Positions 18,516 through 29,123 of a stretch of DNA of 39,264 bases are shown here, piece by piece. Location of the stretch: positions 1 to 39,264 of the forward strand of contig DFBI01000047.1 of NCBI GenBank assembly GCA_002367335.1, given 5' to 3'. Every line of letters begins with the position of its first letter. Position 1 is the first letter of the stretch. The stretch is from Syntrophaceae bacterium UBA3084. GTDB taxonomy: Bacteria; Desulfobacterota; Syntrophia; Syntrophales; UBA6807. Under the pieces are notes generated by a model. That model did not search any database. It had not been told where the DNA came from and saw only the letters and a program-made list of their open reading frames with translations. The position numbers and the translations under genes are program-made.

Positions 18516-20363
18516 TCAACCATCACTAGCCTTTTTCAGTATCGTTCTGACTGGTTGATTTAAATCCACTAACGTGAAAACGCTCAGGTGAAATGCCGGT
18601 GATGATTCTCCGTATCGAGCGCACCTTGACGCGTGTGTTATCATTTGTTGAACAGGATATCCCAAAGCGTGTATGGCAAACTCCAGTGGACCATCTAAAG
18701 ATTTTATTAAAGTCAGATTATTCATAAAATCGTATTCTGAGACTATATACCAATTGTTTGCATAATCAATATTTTTTGTTTTTGAATTGGCTTTCTTTAC
18801 TGTATCCTCAATTATCACCGCATCGTCGTTCAAAGCTATTTGTCTGTTCAATCTTATTTGTCTGTCAAAAGACAGCAAAACATAATTGATTGCATTATCT
18901 GTTAATTCAACAACATCACATCTCGAACTAAATCTATCTGTTTTAAATAAAGAAGATGGAGAAAAATCAAAAAACAAATCGTCAATCATGGGAATATTAT
19001 GTGCTTCCTGTGAACGCTGGAAAATATTTCGGGAATCCTTGGTATAATTGTATCTACCAAGATCAATTAGGATCGGATTTCCATTATTGAAGATAACTAT
19101 TGATCCATTATCGGCATGGCCATGAGACACGCCATTATGCTTCTTGGCGTATATCCATACCTCAAAGTTTCTATTCGATAGATAATGCCACTTATTTATA
19201 ATATCATTATCAACAGTTGCCATTTGTTGTTGGGCAATGTGATCAATAAACCCTTCCATTCTAAATAGTTTCTGCCATGGAGAATTTTTTTTACTATGGC
19301 GTGAAAATGGCCGGCCCAACATCCATTCAGGAAAAACATCAGGAGAGACGTCGCCGAAAAGCGGGTATTCGCCAGTTTCAAATTTACTTTGAAGCAAGTC
19401 ACATACTTCCAGCATCTGAGATACTCTCGGGCTTAACCATGCTATCATTTCATAATCATTGGAGATTTTAGCTACATATAACATTTCAAGATAGGACCGT
19501 GTCAACAACATCTGATAATGGCTTGATTCTTCCTGAAGGACTCCATTTTTTATCATCTTATCTGTTTCGACAAAGAGGATTTCCTGCCCAATCTTTTTCA
19601 CCTGTTTAATGTTCAGTAGCGCACCGCATATGTACAAACAGCACGCGTTATTCAGGATATGATTGTTTGTATTTCGCCAGTGATATTCAAGATTATTTAT
19701 CAAGTGATTCAGTTGAAACTCATATGAGCGCGACAGATTTTCCCAGAAAATATCTCCTTTTTTTGAATATTCTTTTGTGAAAATTATAAAGAAAAGCCAG
19801 TTTAACAAACGATCAGAAATCGAGTACGATTCGAATATCTTAGGATCTGAAACTTCCCTGAAGCTCTCAAGCCATAACTCAATAGAATTATAGCCGAGAT
19901 TAACGGCATTTTGAACAGGGCTTTCCTGGATTAAAATCAGAAGCCACTTAAAACGGTGTACAGAAAATGTATCTTCATTGTCAGCAAATTTTTTACAAAA
20001 CAAATCATCAGAATATGGAAGATAGCGGGATGCAAACTTAATTTTAAGGTCTTGGTGGCGGCTGGAACATAATTCTATTTCCCGTGTTGGGATATGATCC
20101 CATTTCGACCGATCAAGTATAAACTCACTGCGGCCACCCTGTATTAAGCTCAAAAGATACCGATTATTCTTAAACTGAACGGCTTTAAACCATTTTTTGT
20201 ATTTAAAGCGACCCTCGAGTTTGAAATAGATAAGCTTTACAGACAAATCATAAAAAGTAATGACGAAAATACGGAAACTTGTAACAGATAAAAGCGAATT
20301 TCTAAGGAGATACTGAAAATGATGGTCACCAAAGAGACAACGTATTTTAGAAAATAGACGCAT
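18516..20363 (-). CDS. heparinase II/III-like protein
   Basis: NNHILNN, EESSHYQ, HGHADNGS, DLGRYNY, RSQEAHN. Confidence 0.82.
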   Translation of the reverse strand: MRLFSKIRCLFGDHHFQYLLRNSLLSVTSFRIFVITFYDLSVKLIYFKLEGRFKYKKWFKAVQFKNNRYLLSLIQGGRSEFILDRSKWDHIPTREIELCSSRHQDLKIKFASRYLPYSDDLFCKKFADNEDTFSVHRFKWLLILIQESPVQNAVNLGYNSIELWLESFREVSDPKIFESYSISDRLLNWLFFIIFTKEYSKKGDIFWENLSRSYEFQLNHLINNLEYHWRNTNNHILNNACCLYICGALLNIKQVKKIGQEILFVETDKMIKNGVLQEESSHYQMLLTRSYLEMLYVAKISNDYEMIAWLSPRVSQMLEVCDLLQSKFETGEYPLFGDVSPDVFPEWMLGRPFSRHSKKNSPWQKLFRMEGFIDHIAQQQMATVDNDIINKWHYLSNRNFEVWIYAKKHNGVSHGHADNGSIVIFNNGNPILIDLGRYNYTKDSRNIFQRSQEAHNIPMIDDLFFDFSPSSLFKTDRFSSRCDVVELTDNAINYVLLSFDRQIRLNRQIALNDDAVIIEDTVKKANSKTKNIDYANNWYIVSEYDFMNNLTLIKSLDGPLEFAIHALGYPVQQMITHASRCARYGESSPAFHLSVFTLVDLNQPVRTILKKASDG

Positions 20364-22137
20364 AATGACGCCCTTCAATATATAACTGCATCCAAACGTC
20401 CAAGATCAAGATTTTCCAATATTGCCACGCTTCGTTAATACTCAAATTCTGTTTTCTGATTAGTGGAAACAGCATCGAGCTATTAATCATTTCTTTACGC
20501 ATCAAGTACCCGTTTTGCAAAACCCTGTCAAAGTATACCGATTTATAAGTGTTTACCCACAATCCAATGGGTGCGCCAAAACCTTCTTTAGGCCTATAAA
20601 GCACTTCATTGGGCAAATATTTTTCCATAAGTTTTTTGAAGATATACTTTTTTTCACCTTTGTTGACCTTAAGATCTGACGATATAGCGATACTGACCTC
20701 AACAATACGATGATCAAGCAAAGGAACACGGCACTCTAACGATACTGCCATTGTCATTTTATCATTCAAAAATAAAATATCATCTTGAAGGTACCACCTC
20801 AAATCACTCAGCATAATTGCATTAAGCATATCTTTCGATCTATTGATTTTGTATAATTCATCAAATTCAGTACGATATACAGAAGGTCTAAACCAGTCAA
20901 AAAAACCTCTCCACCTTTTTGAGTCCCGCGGTTTCCATTTGTCATAATAAGAGTATTTTGGATTTTTGTCATAAATAAATTTGCCAATTATCGACTTTAA
21001 CAATGGATATTCCACATGATGTGAATATCCACCAAACAGCTCATCACCGCCAGCACCACTCAGGATTACCTTGACATGTTTTGCGGCTTCCTTAGCAAGA
21101 CCATAAGTAAAAACAAGTGCCCCATCTGCAAATGGCTCTTCCAAATGCCATATTAGTTTTGGCAGATCTGTTATTAGCTCTTTATCAAATACATTTTTTA
21201 CAAAATGACGAGTTCCATATTGGCGAGACACCATAATAGCTTGTTCGGTTTCATCAAATTTGCCTTCAGCATTTCCCCAGCTAATATGAAATGTGCTCAA
21301 AGGTGTCTCAGTCTGTATAGCTGCTATGGCAGTCACTGCTGAACTGTCGATACCACCGCTCAAAAAACTGCCTACCGGCACGTCACTACGCATCTCAATA
21401 CGCATGCTATCCATTAGCACTGTTTTAAGCTGCTGCATTGCATTTTCTTCATTGTGGATAGTATTGTAGGGCAACGATAGCTGCCAGTAATGTCTTATCT
21501 CATAATTACCATTACTCCATTTAAGATAACTGCCAGAAGGAAGTTTTGATATACTGCGAAAAGGTGACATTGGAGCAGGAATATACATCAATTCCAGATA
21601 AGTGCTAAGTGCATCAAAATTAATTTCTTTTGAAACACGATCTGTTACAAAAATCGATTTAAGCTCTGATGAAAATATTAAATTATTATCTACAACAGCG
21701 TAATAGAGCGGTTTGATCCCAAGACGATCACGGATCAAGAAAACCTTTTCTTCTTTTTTGTCATAGAGTGCTATGGAATACATGCCATTTAGTTTATTAA
21801 TAAAATCTATGCCGTATTCATCGTAGAGATAGGGCAATACTTCAACATCAGAATGGGTCTTAAATATATGGCCTTTCTTCACCAACTCTTCGCGCAACTC
21901 TATATAATTGTATATTTCCCCATTGCATATAACAACAACCGTCCTGTCCAGATTATAAAAGGGTTGCTGACCATGCTCAATATCAATAATACTTAGTCGG
22001 CGCATTCCTAATGAGACAGTATCGTCAACATAATAACCATCGCCATCAGGGCCACGATGCTGCTGCGTTTCTCCCATCTTTTTTAACAGAGACAACGGAT
22101 CGTTATCTCTGAATGTGAATCCAAAAATCCCACACAT
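20347..22137 (-). CDS. asnB: asparagine synthase-like glutamine amidotransferase (sugar amidation)
   Basis: MCGI, HRGPD, RRLSIID, NGEIYNY, LSGGIDSS, GGDELFGGY. Confidence 0.93.
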   Translation of the reverse strand: MCGIFGFTFRDNDPLSLLKKMGETQQHRGPDGDGYYVDDTVSLGMRRLSIIDIEHGQQPFYNLDRTVVVICNGEIYNYIELREELVKKGHIFKTHSDVEVLPYLYDEYGIDFINKLNGMYSIALYDKKEEKVFLIRDRLGIKPLYYAVVDNNLIFSSELKSIFVTDRVSKEINFDALSTYLELMYIPAPMSPFRSISKLPSGSYLKWSNGNYEIRHYWQLSLPYNTIHNEENAMQQLKTVLMDSMRIEMRSDVPVGSFLSGGIDSSAVTAIAAIQTETPLSTFHISWGNAEGKFDETEQAIMVSRQYGTRHFVKNVFDKELITDLPKLIWHLEEPFADGALVFTYGLAKEAAKHVKVILSGAGGDELFGGYSHHVEYPLLKSIIGKFIYDKNPKYSYYDKWKPRDSKRWRGFFDWFRPSVYRTEFDELYKINRSKDMLNAIMLSDLRWYLQDDILFLNDKMTMAVSLECRVPLLDHRIVEVSIAISSDLKVNKGEKKYIFKKLMEKYLPNEVLYRPKEGFGAPIGLWVNTYKSVYFDRVLQNGYLMRKEMINSSMLFPLIRKQNLSINEAWQYWKILILDVWMQLYIEGRHYASIF

Positions 22138-22239
22138 AAAACCCCTTACAAGTCAAACTGTTCTATATATTTCTCTTCTGTCACTTCCTTAGGTATAATT
22201 ACGATCTTTCAAATTTTGATCAGAAGCAGTATTATCAGA

Positions 22240-22977
22240 TCAGGTTATGGATAAATCGAGTTTTTCTAATTCTGATAGAGGATACTTTGCAAGAACGAAT
22301 TTACTGGCAATATTAACATTAACGCAAAATTTATTTTGATTTGTTAGTAAATATGTATTTGAATTCTGAAAAGGCTTTGCCAATATTTTGTTTGATGCGG
22401 GCGTACTATCTACAAGTCGTTTATAGCAATTCTTAAGAAACGTTTTAGTTCTCGAATCCATGTTACTAATATGCTTAAATTGATAATTGAGTGATATAAA
22501 AAGCATGTTAAAAATATCAAACCCAAAATACACTTTCTCATCAAAGTGAAAATGCTCCCAATCAACTATATTTAAATCGTTTCCGCCTTCGATAATGTTA
22601 TTACAAAGAGCCAAATCCCCATGAATTGCGAAGTCCTTTGCTCTCAGCCATTTTTCGCTATAATACTCAATAATCATTTCGATTTCATTCTCGTTTCCGC
22701 TAATTGGCGCACTGCGCGGAAATGTTTTTCCTGCAAATTCAGGAATCTCAATTTCAAGAAAATTCTTTCCTGTTAAATTTACTTCATAATCCTTTTCTGC
22801 AATGCGGCAAAACCAATCATACCCTCTTTTTTCATTTTCAATCAGCCGGTTAGCTTGTTCTGAAAAAGCAACCTTTTTGTAAAAACGCTCTCTACCTTTC
22901 CAGCATTTATAGAGTGCAACATTATTGTTATGAGTTTCCGAACTCAGCAATTCGTATGTGGTTTTCTCCTCATGCAT
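22240..22977 (-). CDS. kinase/phosphotransferase-like protein
   Basis: HGDLxxxN and VDWE motifs; start re-placed at MHEEK. Confidence 0.55.
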   Translation of the reverse strand: MHEEKTTYELLSSETHNNNVALYKCWKGRERFYKKVAFSEQANRLIENEKRGYDWFCRIAEKDYEVNLTGKNFLEIEIPEFAGKTFPRSAPISGNENEIEMIIEYYSEKWLRAKDFAIHGDLALCNNIIEGGNDLNIVDWEHFHFDEKVYFGFDIFNMLFISLNYQFKHISNMDSRTKTFLKNCYKRLVDSTPASNKILAKPFQNSNTYLLTNQNKFCVNVNIASKFVLAKYPLSELEKLDLSIT

Positions 22978-24031
22978 CTCTAACTTGGCCTTTTTTTGCC
23001 ACAACAATAAAAGAAGGAGCAAGCTCAAATAGGCGTAGTCTTTTGTACACTAGCCAATCAAGGTTTCTTCTCATTTTTCGAAACGCTTTCTTAACAACGT
23101 TTCGCGTTTTTCTCGTCCGATACACTGGTTCATAATTCTCTTGCATTTTTTTTCTGAAGGGAAGAATCTTCTGCGGAAATCTGTAATCAGGGAAAACTGC
23201 ATATGTTTCAACCGCTTCGAATCCGGCCCGCTTGATTAATCTCTCCAATTCCCTACGTGAATATATGTAGTTAACATAGGGCCTACCATACCAAATACTA
23301 GAAATGATATTTGCAATTTTCCTTGGAAGAAAAGCAGTATAAAAAAGGCCGACATGAACATCTTTTTTCCATAGAAAATGCTGGTAATCATACCTATTTT
23401 CTATAGCCAAATAGAGCCTGCCACGTGGCCTTAGACCACGACAAACCCTCTCTAAAAATTCAAATTGGAGAAGCATAGGATCATAACTTGGTTTTGTAAC
23501 GCGAAATTTTTCCCTTTTCAGAAATTTGTTAAGTTCCACCTCGTTCTCAACAGGTATCCATTCCAACACACCATTAACTATTGAAAAATCAAATGTTCCT
23601 TCGAGATGTAAATTGTTTCTTAAATTGGCATTCAATAAGTAACAATTATCAATATTTTCTTCTTTTAAGCGATACTTGACGAATTCCAATGAGTCTCTTG
23701 TTTGGTCAATGCCAAGTATTGCTTTGCAATTTTTTGCGCAATAAATAAGTAAATTGCCCCACATGCAACCATAATCAGCGCCAACGTCGCTTTTCTTTAT
23801 ATCCAGCAGCCTCAAACCGACCGACCTCATCGAGTCGAATATAATATTTTCTAGATTTGGAAATAACTTTTGGACCGTATCGCGAGTAGTAGCACTTCTT
23901 AAGTGACTAAATAAAACTGCTTGCTCTTTTCTGCTAAGATTACTCCAATACCCCTCTTGAGATGATGTGTCATAGTAAATGCCATCAACATTTTTATATA
24001 ATTGATCTAATTTGGAACATAGTTTGTTCAT
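22970..24031 (-). CDS. class I SAM-dependent methyltransferase
   Basis: DYGCMWG, FDFSIVNGVLEWIP, LRPRGRLYLAIENR. Confidence 0.85.
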   Translation of the reverse strand: MNKLCSKLDQLYKNVDGIYYDTSSQEGYWSNLSRKEQAVLFSHLRSATTRDTVQKLFPNLENIIFDSMRSVGLRLLDIKKSDVGADYGCMWGNLLIYCAKNCKAILGIDQTRDSLEFVKYRLKEENIDNCYLLNANLRNNLHLEGTFDFSIVNGVLEWIPVENEVELNKFLKREKFRVTKPSYDPMLLQFEFLERVCRGLRPRGRLYLAIENRYDYQHFLWKKDVHVGLFYTAFLPRKIANIISSIWYGRPYVNYIYSRRELERLIKRAGFEAVETYAVFPDYRFPQKILPFRKKMQENYEPVYRTRKTRNVVKKAFRKMRRNLDWLVYKRLRLFELAPSFIVVAKKGQVRDA

Positions 24032-24132
24032 ATATCAGTTAATTACCTTTCATTTTGAGAACAGGGAGATGAGATAAAATTTAATATTGAACTTCCAAAA
24101 ATTGGTCACATGTTTCTCATACCAGGTAACCG

Positions 24133-24268
24133 TTCACACTCCCTGGCAGCCGACAAGCTTTTGCAGGGTTTCAACCGCGGACAAGGTTGCACCAAAAGGC
24201 GTATTCTCAACGGATTGTGCTTTGAAACCCGAAAAAGGCTGTTGGCTGTCAGGGGGGGGGGAAGTGAA
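24133..24268. repeat. MITE-like long inverted repeat
   Basis: CCCTGGCAGCCGACAAGCTTTTGCAGGGTTTCAA (24141-24174) is an imperfect reverse complement of TTGAAACCCGAAAAAGGCTGTTGGCTGTCAGGG (24222-24254). Confidence 0.75.
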
Positions 24269-24298
24269 TGATTACATACCAGGATATGCATTAGCAAT

Positions 24299-25834
24299 TC
24301 ACTCCAGATTCAATTTCCTTCTCACCGACTTGACCACAAATTTTATATCTTGCCTTTTCAGCCCGAAAAAAATGGGTTGATAATAAGACAACACCATGAC
24401 CATAATTGTGTATAAAACTCCGGCAAGAAAAAAACTGTAAAAGACCTTATTCTGTAAAGCCAAGCCCCGATCTACACAGACCATTGCAATCAATGCAATC
24501 CCTAACAGGCATCCGACACTCATTACTTGATGTCCCATATATCGCCAAAAATGAAGCTTCAGCAGCCGGGCATTAAACCAGAGCTGAACATTTACTCCTA
24601 TAAATTGCAGGACTACCATCTTTATTGCCAGCCCTGTTGCTCCGGCATCCAATCCGAATCTTTCCTGTGGAGCTATAAGAAAATAGGTTACAGGCAGACC
24701 GATGAGCATAAATGTCACCCCAATATTTCTATAAAGAGCGGTTTGCCCTGTAGCATAGAAAACAGATCCGCTCAACTGCCCATAGGTCTGGTGGATGGGA
24801 TAAAAGGCCATGATGGCCACGGCCAGGGTTGCTTGATGAAATTTTGCTCCTCCCATAATAAGGGTGACTTTGTCAGCCTCCACCGCAATAAAACATGCGA
24901 AGTAAGCAGCAATGGCATACAGCATAGGAATATACCGGCGAAAAAGTCGAGCCATTTCCCGAAGATCTTTTTCACCAAAAGCAATTGAAAATTCACGAAT
25001 GATGAGAGGGGTCATGGCAGAGGTAAAAAGGAAACAGACCGCACCAATCTGATATGAAAGCCCGTAAAACCCCTGTTCCACGCTTCCGGCAAATTTCTGC
25101 AGCATCCATCTATCCAGAATGCCTACAATCAGCCCAACCAGCGCATAAACAAAGAGGGGATGGCTATAATGGTAAAACTCCTTCGCGTATGCCCTGATTT
25201 GAGCATGGGAAAGTTTCCATCTTTGCTTTAGCGAATACCCTTTGCGCTCCATTACCCAGATAAAAGCCAAGGCAAGAAACATTAAGATAAAATAATGATA
25301 GAAAAAAAAATTGACCAGATTCAACTGACTTGTAAAAAAAAGGACCAGAATAATGGCAAGCGCCAACCCCCTTTGAATAATCCTGGCAATCTCTGTGGAT
25401 ACCGTCACACCATACGCATCGGCCATTTTGTTTATAATCCGAACAAACCAGGTAAGGATTCCCCATACTGCCGCAAGATAGATGTAAAAAAGCTTCTGAT
25501 CTGGCAAAAAAGTGGTGTAAGAATCTGTTACATGGATACATCCCACAAATATGATCAAGAAAAAAGAAACCAGGCACGCAAATGAAAGGTAAAACGAAAC
25601 AAGCCCAAAATTTCGCTGTCGCTGGGAAAGCTTGGTATAAAACCCGATGGAGGAGCCCATATCCAAGAAATTCACGACTTGGACAAAAAAATTGGAGAGA
25701 AAGCTAAAATCTCCATACGCTCGCGGTCCCAGCCCGCGAGGAATAATGGCCTGAGTAACAACACTGATAACTAAGCCAATTAGGTTGGCAGAAAGCTTAG
25801 CAAGGTAGCGTTTTTTGAGGGAGTCAGTAGGCAT
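24299..25834 (-). CDS. wzx: polysaccharide flippase
   Basis: PRGLGPRAYGDF, ILDRWML..EQGFY, about 14 hydrophobic segments, 511 aa. Confidence 0.88.
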   Translation of the reverse strand: MPTDSLKKRYLAKLSANLIGLVISVVTQAIIPRGLGPRAYGDFSFLSNFFVQVVNFLDMGSSIGFYTKLSQRQRNFGLVSFYLSFACLVSFFLIIFVGCIHVTDSYTTFLPDQKLFYIYLAAVWGILTWFVRIINKMADAYGVTVSTEIARIIQRGLALAIILVLFFTSQLNLVNFFFYHYFILMFLALAFIWVMERKGYSLKQRWKLSHAQIRAYAKEFYHYSHPLFVYALVGLIVGILDRWMLQKFAGSVEQGFYGLSYQIGAVCFLFTSAMTPLIIREFSIAFGEKDLREMARLFRRYIPMLYAIAAYFACFIAVEADKVTLIMGGAKFHQATLAVAIMAFYPIHQTYGQLSGSVFYATGQTALYRNIGVTFMLIGLPVTYFLIAPQERFGLDAGATGLAIKMVVLQFIGVNVQLWFNARLLKLHFWRYMGHQVMSVGCLLGIALIAMVCVDRGLALQNKVFYSFFLAGVLYTIMVMVLSYYQPIFFGLKRQDIKFVVKSVRRKLNLE

Positions 25835-25846
25835 AAGAGAGAATCT

Positions 25847-27013
25847 TTAGATATTCAATTCCTTTATTTTATTGCTAATCACCTGCCAGAAAAGAAGTTC
25901 TTCAGTTCCCTCCATTTTAATAAAGTCTTGTTTGTATTTGGCATATCCTTCTTCATAAACATAAAACTCCTTTTCCAAGTCGATACTTACATTTCTGCTG
26001 ATATTAATTGGCGTCTTTCTAAAATAGGATGCGAATTTTGAAATGTACCCTCCATACATGGTCTTCTCAATTCTGTCCGTCGTGACGAAAATCATGGGCT
26101 TTTTGTACAGCACAGGGAAATTTATAGAAGTACTGTTTTGTAAAATAACGAGTTTTGCTTTTTTAACTAATTCAGCAGTTTTGCCTCGAATCACCTTTCT
26201 TCCTTGAAAATAATCCGGCAGTTCTTCATAGTGTGAACGGGGATGAGCAGCAATCACGACCTCTAAATCCAATTTTGTTTCTATGTAATCAAAGAAGTTG
26301 CAGAGGAAAGGAAAGTACTCTTCGGCACTTGTTAGAGCAGGTATTCCTAAGGATGTATAATCAGAATGAAAAACGTAATCCTCATCCAAAAAAACCGCAA
26401 TGTCTTCTTCCTTTTTCTCACTATTTTTATCCTCCAAATAAATATCATAGTCCAATGTATGGATCCAAATCGTTTTTGTCTTATGGTCTATAGTAGGCCT
26501 ATTAGGAGTTTTTTTTCCACTGGCGAGAAAAAAAGTAGCAGAATTTATCTTCAAAAACCCAGGGGGAATTCGTGTAAACAAAAACTGCATATGCTTAATG
26601 AACTTTCGAGGAGTCAAAGATATTATTTTTCGCGCCGTAACGTGTATCTGCCTATTCGGGCGAGGGATTGCTGGAACAGCAAAAACAGCGTAAGGAACGT
26701 CATGTCTCGATATTGATTTGAATATACTAAAGGTTTTTACGTTATACGCTATTATGCTAATAATAAAGCAATCTCTTCCTTGTTTGTTTATTGCGGCAAT
26801 CGCATCTCTTCTGCGTTTGAATTTAATTACGCCTTTATAATTGCTTGGTTCATTTATCCTTGATGCATCAACCTGCGGACGCAAAAATGGTGTGAAGTCG
26901 TAAATAAAGACATGGAAGCCATTGTTAAGAAAAACTTCAACGCCAAATCTTTTATAGTCCCTTTGACTAAAAGGGGATTCGACGAGATATATTATTTTAG
27001 TTATTTTACTCAT
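25847..27013 (-). CDS. hypothetical protein, candidate nonulosonic-acid transferase
   Basis: VFLD, AHPR, STS and KPMIF motifs of GT-B sialyl/Kdo-transferase-like proteins; located between the nonulosonate genes and wzx. Confidence 0.5.
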   Translation of the reverse strand: MSKITKIIYLVESPFSQRDYKRFGVEVFLNNGFHVFIYDFTPFLRPQVDASRINEPSNYKGVIKFKRRRDAIAAINKQGRDCFIISIIAYNVKTFSIFKSISRHDVPYAVFAVPAIPRPNRQIHVTARKIISLTPRKFIKHMQFLFTRIPPGFLKINSATFFLASGKKTPNRPTIDHKTKTIWIHTLDYDIYLEDKNSEKKEEDIAVFLDEDYVFHSDYTSLGIPALTSAEEYFPFLCNFFDYIETKLDLEVVIAAHPRSHYEELPDYFQGRKVIRGKTAELVKKAKLVILQNSTSINFPVLYKKPMIFVTTDRIEKTMYGGYISKFASYFRKTPINISRNVSIDLEKEFYVYEEGYAKYKQDFIKMEGTEELLFWQVISNKIKELNI

Positions 27014-27047
27014 ATAATGACAGTTTCAACTCAAGCTAAACTGTCTA

Positions 27048-29123
27048 TCAGGTGAGTCTCCTGAATCCAGAATGAATGACATCTCCCTTGAGATATTTTT
27101 TTGTATCGCCTGACTCCAACGCTTCTTTGATTAACCCAAAAACAGAATCTGAATCAGCAATAAACTGATCAATAATGTGGTCAGAATAGGCATAGGTAGC
27201 GTACACTGCCGCGCCCAGAAGGTAACCTTTTTTCAGCATTTCCTGGGTATAGAGAGTTTGGACCGCCAAAGGGTTTTCAGCTTCGAAAGAAATGTGCGTC
27301 AGCGGCGGAATGCCGTTGATATGAACACGCAGATCATGTTTTTGAGCCAGCTTGCGCCAGCCATCATTGATTCTTTCACCATAGCGGACAAGGAATTCCG
27401 GCACATTGTTTTCTTCCATTTTTTTGATGGTTGCCAGCGCCGCGACAAAACCAATACGTTCTGTCCACATGGTAGAGCTGATAAAACTGTTCTGAGCGCA
27501 ATCCATGATGTTTCTTCGTCCAATAACGGCCGATATGGGAAAGCCGTTGCCAAAGGCCTTGCCAAAGACTGCGATGTCCGGCTCGATTCCGTAAGTCAGA
27601 TGAATGCCGCCCAAATTGATCCTGAAACCAGAGGTCACCTCATCAAAAATGAGAACTGCTCCGATTCTGTCAGCAATTTCTCTGATACCTTCAAGAAATC
27701 CGGGAGCAGGACCTTGCTCCCGCCGAGGTTCCATGATGATGACACCAATTTCATCAGGATATTTGTCCACCAATACCTCAAGTTCATTAAGTTTGTTGTA
27801 GTTGAATGGCAATGCAGTATCTTTGAGTTCCCGCGGAACACCAAGAGGATCAAGTCCGGGCAGGAGCTGGCCATCAAGATTAGACGCGTCTCCGATATTG
27901 GCAGACAGATACCAGTCATGCCAGCCATGATAACCGCAAAAAGCTACCCTGCTCTTTCCTGAAGCTGCACGGGCAATGCGAACAGCAACGGCACAGGCTT
28001 CGCCACCGGTTCTTGCAAAACGCGCCATATCAGCCCAGGGATGCAGATCGATAAGCCGCTCGGCCAGTTCCACTTCCTCATAGCAGCTCAGGGAACACAT
28101 TGCCCCTTTTTGAATGGCCTCAATCACGGCCGCATTCACATCTTCATCAGCATACCCAAGGATGCATGATCCTACGCCCATTTGAGCAAAATCATAATAA
28201 TGATTCCCGTCCATATCCCAGACTTCACAACCTTTTGCTTTTGAGTAATAGGCAGGCCAAAGATCAGGGAGAAATTTTTCAGCCCTCTTGGAAAGGAGTT
28301 GATTGCCACCGGGGATTAGTGTTTTTGCTTTATTCCATAAGGCTGGGCCTTTCATCATTTCTTTCATTCCTTGCTTTTCTTTTTCCTGAATTTTATGAAA
28401 ATTCTCCCAATACTTTTTGGCAATTGGTTCCGTGATACGATATAGTTCTTTATCTATCACGAACTTCACGATTTCTTCATCTTGAGCTGTAACTATGTCA
28501 TCTCCGAATGCTTCAATAACTGCTTTGAAAAATTGGTAATCCTCATCGTAGTCAAGTGTAAATCTCAAAGCATTGTCATAAACGGGAAAAGGGATATGAA
28601 TATCCGCGAGCTGTGCTTGATTAAATATGCGTCCCCATCCTGTCTCCAAAATATCCCCAAAGTGACCCTTTAAGGATGATTCTAAAAAACCCTTAGAATA
28701 TCCACTGGAATTCATACCAAAGGGCAGATTTGAAGTTTTAACATACGATGCGCCATGAAGCAGGGCATTATAAACGGCTCTTATTCCTTTTACCGAACAC
28801 AGGATGTCATCGCCATCAATGGAAACAATAGCATCAAGGGAATGCGCCTTTGCCGCCTGAAGATGTCGAAGAGGAATATTGTTAATTGAGCCATAAAAAA
28901 CTGCTGCCTTATCTTTCGCAAAACGTTCTAACTCCCTGTTTTCTCGTTCGTCAGAAGTAGCAATGATAATATTGACTTTTCCATCAATCAGTTCAGTCTG
29001 AAATTCTTCTGCTACTCTTTCAATAAGGAAGTGTAAGATGGGATGGCCATTAACCGGTAACAGATGTTTCTTTTTAAGCCTTGTTGATCCGAGTCTTGCG
29101 GTGATAAATATCCCTATTTTCAT
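27048..29123 (-). CDS. fusion of an SpsF-like cytidylyltransferase and a class III (GSA-like) PLP aminotransferase
   Basis: N-terminal TARLGSTRLKKK, DGDD, RFTLDYDEDY; C-terminal GYHGWHDWY, FDEVTSGFR, FGKAFGNGFP; ATGA overlap with the upstream gene. Confidence 0.88.
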   Translation of the reverse strand: MKIGIFITARLGSTRLKKKHLLPVNGHPILHFLIERVAEEFQTELIDGKVNIIIATSDERENRELERFAKDKAAVFYGSINNIPLRHLQAAKAHSLDAIVSIDGDDILCSVKGIRAVYNALLHGASYVKTSNLPFGMNSSGYSKGFLESSLKGHFGDILETGWGRIFNQAQLADIHIPFPVYDNALRFTLDYDEDYQFFKAVIEAFGDDIVTAQDEEIVKFVIDKELYRITEPIAKKYWENFHKIQEKEKQGMKEMMKGPALWNKAKTLIPGGNQLLSKRAEKFLPDLWPAYYSKAKGCEVWDMDGNHYYDFAQMGVGSCILGYADEDVNAAVIEAIQKGAMCSLSCYEEVELAERLIDLHPWADMARFARTGGEACAVAVRIARAASGKSRVAFCGYHGWHDWYLSANIGDASNLDGQLLPGLDPLGVPRELKDTALPFNYNKLNELEVLVDKYPDEIGVIIMEPRREQGPAPGFLEGIREIADRIGAVLIFDEVTSGFRINLGGIHLTYGIEPDIAVFGKAFGNGFPISAVIGRRNIMDCAQNSFISSTMWTERIGFVAALATIKKMEENNVPEFLVRYGERINDGWRKLAQKHDLRVHINGIPPLTHISFEAENPLAVQTLYTQEMLKKGYLLGAAVYATYAYSDHIIDQFIADSDSVFGLIKEALESGDTKKYLKGDVIHSGFRRLT

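Noticed and set aside
7192..25310. A9 and C7 homopolymers in coding regions as phase-variation switches
   Set aside because: All frames are intact and such runs are expected in Phe/Lys-rich AT-rich genes.
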